The notes under the pieces are model-generated. The model saw only the letters and a program-made list of their open reading frames with translations. It was not told the DNA's origin and did not search any database. From the sequence record DRR723986_5346: DNA of 64,000 nt, one strand, 5' to 3'. Made by a program: the position numbers and the translations under genes. Of this stretch, positions 62,277 through 64,000 are shown in pieces (within the stretch, counting starts at the first letter, position 1; each line of letters starts with the position of its first letter).

Positions 62277-63026
62277 ATGATGAAAACTAAGCATATTCTT
62301 GCAGTACTTTTTGTAGGCTTTGCATTTGTATCCTGTAAAAAAATAAATAGAGAAAAATTAAGTGAGTATTCTGCAGCTCACCCAGTTTCTCAAGAGTGGT
62401 TAATAGCCTGTGCTGTTGGTAATGAAGATGGATATAGAGGGGAGGATACTGAGCCAATAGAGGTGTTTTTCTATCCTGAAGATGAGGCAAGAAGTTTCAG
62501 GTATTTTAAAACAAAAAACTTAGAAGCAGATCCAAACGATTTTTCACAATACAAAGAAATTAAGGAATTAAAGTCTGAAGAAGTGTTTAATGGAGCATTG
62601 CGTAAATTCAAAGTGGATGAAAAAAAGGAACATTGGGGAATAGTTACTTATTTGGTAGCTGATTCATTAAGAATTTCAGATCCAATAAAAATCCAACATG
62701 TCAGTAGAAAAACAGAGAAAGATGAAAACCTGGTGACTTATGTCGCGGATGGAGTCAATCCTCAGTTTAGTTGGGTAGATGGTACTTATGCTGAGAATGT
62801 GATTTATTTTCAGGTCATTTCTTCGTTAGATGGAGACCTCATTAGTGGAACATATACAGAGGATAAGTTTTTTCAATTTTACGATTTATCAAATGTGGTG
62901 ATCAATATAACGCCAACATTTAATCCAACATTAACGAGTAAACAAACCTTCAATTTTACTTTGATGTCGGTAAGTGAAGATAATTGGGTAAATGTGGCTG
63001 TGAATAAGGAGTTCAATACCCAATGA
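62277..63026 (+). CDS. hypothetical lipoprotein
   Basis: Lipobox FVSC after a basic/hydrophobic leader. Confidence 0.75.
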   Translation: MMKTKHILAVLFVGFAFVSCKKINREKLSEYSAAHPVSQEWLIACAVGNEDGYRGEDTEPIEVFFYPEDEARSFRYFKTKNLEADPNDFSQYKEIKELKSEEVFNGALRKFKVDEKKEHWGIVTYLVADSLRISDPIKIQHVSRKTEKDENLVTYVADGVNPQFSWVDGTYAENVIYFQVISSLDGDLISGTYTEDKFFQFYDLSNVVINITPTFNPTLTSKQTFNFTLMSVSEDNWVNVAVNKEFNTQ

Positions 63027-64000
63027 GATATTTAATTATTCTACTTCTTTTATTAACCCAATTGAGCTTTGCGGGTGATAACATCATTTTTAAAGGTGTA
63101 TCTTTTTCTGCTGCAAATAAGGTGACTACCTCCAAAGACATCAAACCAATTGCATCAATCAATGCGAATTGGATTTCAATTGTTCCATACGGTTTTCTGA
63201 AAGACAATGCCATTACATTCGATTCAAAATATCAATGGGTCGGTGAACGTCCAGAGGCAATTAGAGCCTGTGTTAAATTGGCTAAAGCGGAAGGATTAAA
63301 AGTGATGATCAAACCACATATTTGGATTGGTCACGGAACATATACCGGCCATTATTCTTGCGCAACTGAAGAAGAATGGAAAAGTTTTGAAAAAAGCTAT
63401 AAGGCCTATATTTTAGCTTTTGTAAAAATTGCTGAGGAAGAAAAAGTTGAGTTGTTTTCTATTGGAACAGAGTGGGGGAAGTTTGTGGAAATGCGACCGC
63501 AATTCTGGAAATCTTTGATTAAGGATATTCGCAAAATTTACTCAGGCAAATTAATTTACGCAGCCAACTGGGACGATTATCAAAAGGTAAGTTTTTGGAA
63601 GGAGTTGGATTATATCGGAATCGACTCTTATTTTCCGTTAAGTTTAGAAGCAAATCCAAAATTGGGAGAATTGATTAAATCATGGAAAACAATTATACCA
63701 ATCATTGAGCAGTATGCGAGTTCGCACAAAAAAAAGGTTGTGTTTACTGAGTTTGGCTTTAAAAGCACAACTCAGGCCACTGTTTCACCATGGGAGCACA
63801 CTGATGCAGGTGATTTTTCTGAAAAGATTCAGGATTTAGCGTTTAAATCATTTTTTCAAACTATTTGGAATAAGCCTTGGTTCACCGGAGGTTTTATCTG
63901 GAAGTGGTATCATGACCACGAGCACGCTGGAGGGAGAGGGGATACAGATTTTACTCCTCAAAATAAACTTGCTCAAGAAACTATTACCAAGTATTTTGGT
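63023..64000 (+). CDS. GH113-like glycoside hydrolase, truncated by the window end (absent from the ORF track)
   Basis: Translated by hand: MRYLIILLLLLTQLSFA..GLKVMIKPHIW..FSIGTE..YAANWD..FWKELDYIGIDSYFPL..VFTEFG..GGFIWKW; ATGA overlap with the upstream stop. Confidence 0.85.
   Translation, partial: MRYLIILLLLLTQLSFAGDNIIFKGVSFSAANKVTTSKDIKPIASINANWISIVPYGFLKDNAITFDSKYQWVGERPEAIRACVKLAKAEGLKVMIKPHIWIGHGTYTGHYSCATEEEWKSFEKSYKAYILAFVKIAEEEKVELFSIGTEWGKFVEMRPQFWKSLIKDIRKIYSGKLIYAANWDDYQKVSFWKELDYIGIDSYFPLSLEANPKLGELIKSWKTIIPIIEQYASSHKKKVVFTEFGFKSTTQATVSPWEHTDAGDFSEKIQDLAFKSFFQTIWNKPWFTGGFIWKWYHDHEHAGGRGDTDFTPQNKLAQETITKYFG

Noticed and set aside
63013-63213. 66-aa minus-strand ORF
   Set aside because: It is antisense to the GH113-like gene starting at 63023.

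Overview
Gene-dense, AT-rich core chromosome of a Bacteroidota bacterium. Flavobacteriales (Crocinitomicaceae/Cryomorphaceae-like) is inferred from T9SS cargo proteins, TAnnTTTG promoters and mutL-rhomboid-rhomboid-EEP synteny. There are about 52 CDS, including pckA, gyrB, rplS, bshA, mutL, an RNase H, arfB, panB, a fused 2-oxoacid dehydrogenase E1, a TetR-TolC-MFP-RND efflux operon, three T9SS substrates, a TonB-dependent receptor and a truncated GH113 at the right edge. I saw no rRNA, tRNA, CRISPR array, integrase or transposase. The most interesting locus is 10.7-13.2 kb. A short XRE regulator (LexA-like HTH, no peptidase domain) is coupled to a cytoplasmic single-HKD PLD-family enzyme. It faces a YbjN-chaperone/PspA (ESCRT-III family) bicistron across four phased CTAA-N5-TTAG-like boxes. 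Other oddities are a cysteine-less dihydrolipoamide-dehydrogenase-like flavoprotein, an esterase/beta-barrel fusion, an RNase H with tandem hybrid-binding domains, a degenerate MutL endonuclease motif, several apparently leaderless genes and a heptamer repeat array. All family calls come from recognising motifs by eye; no database searches were run.
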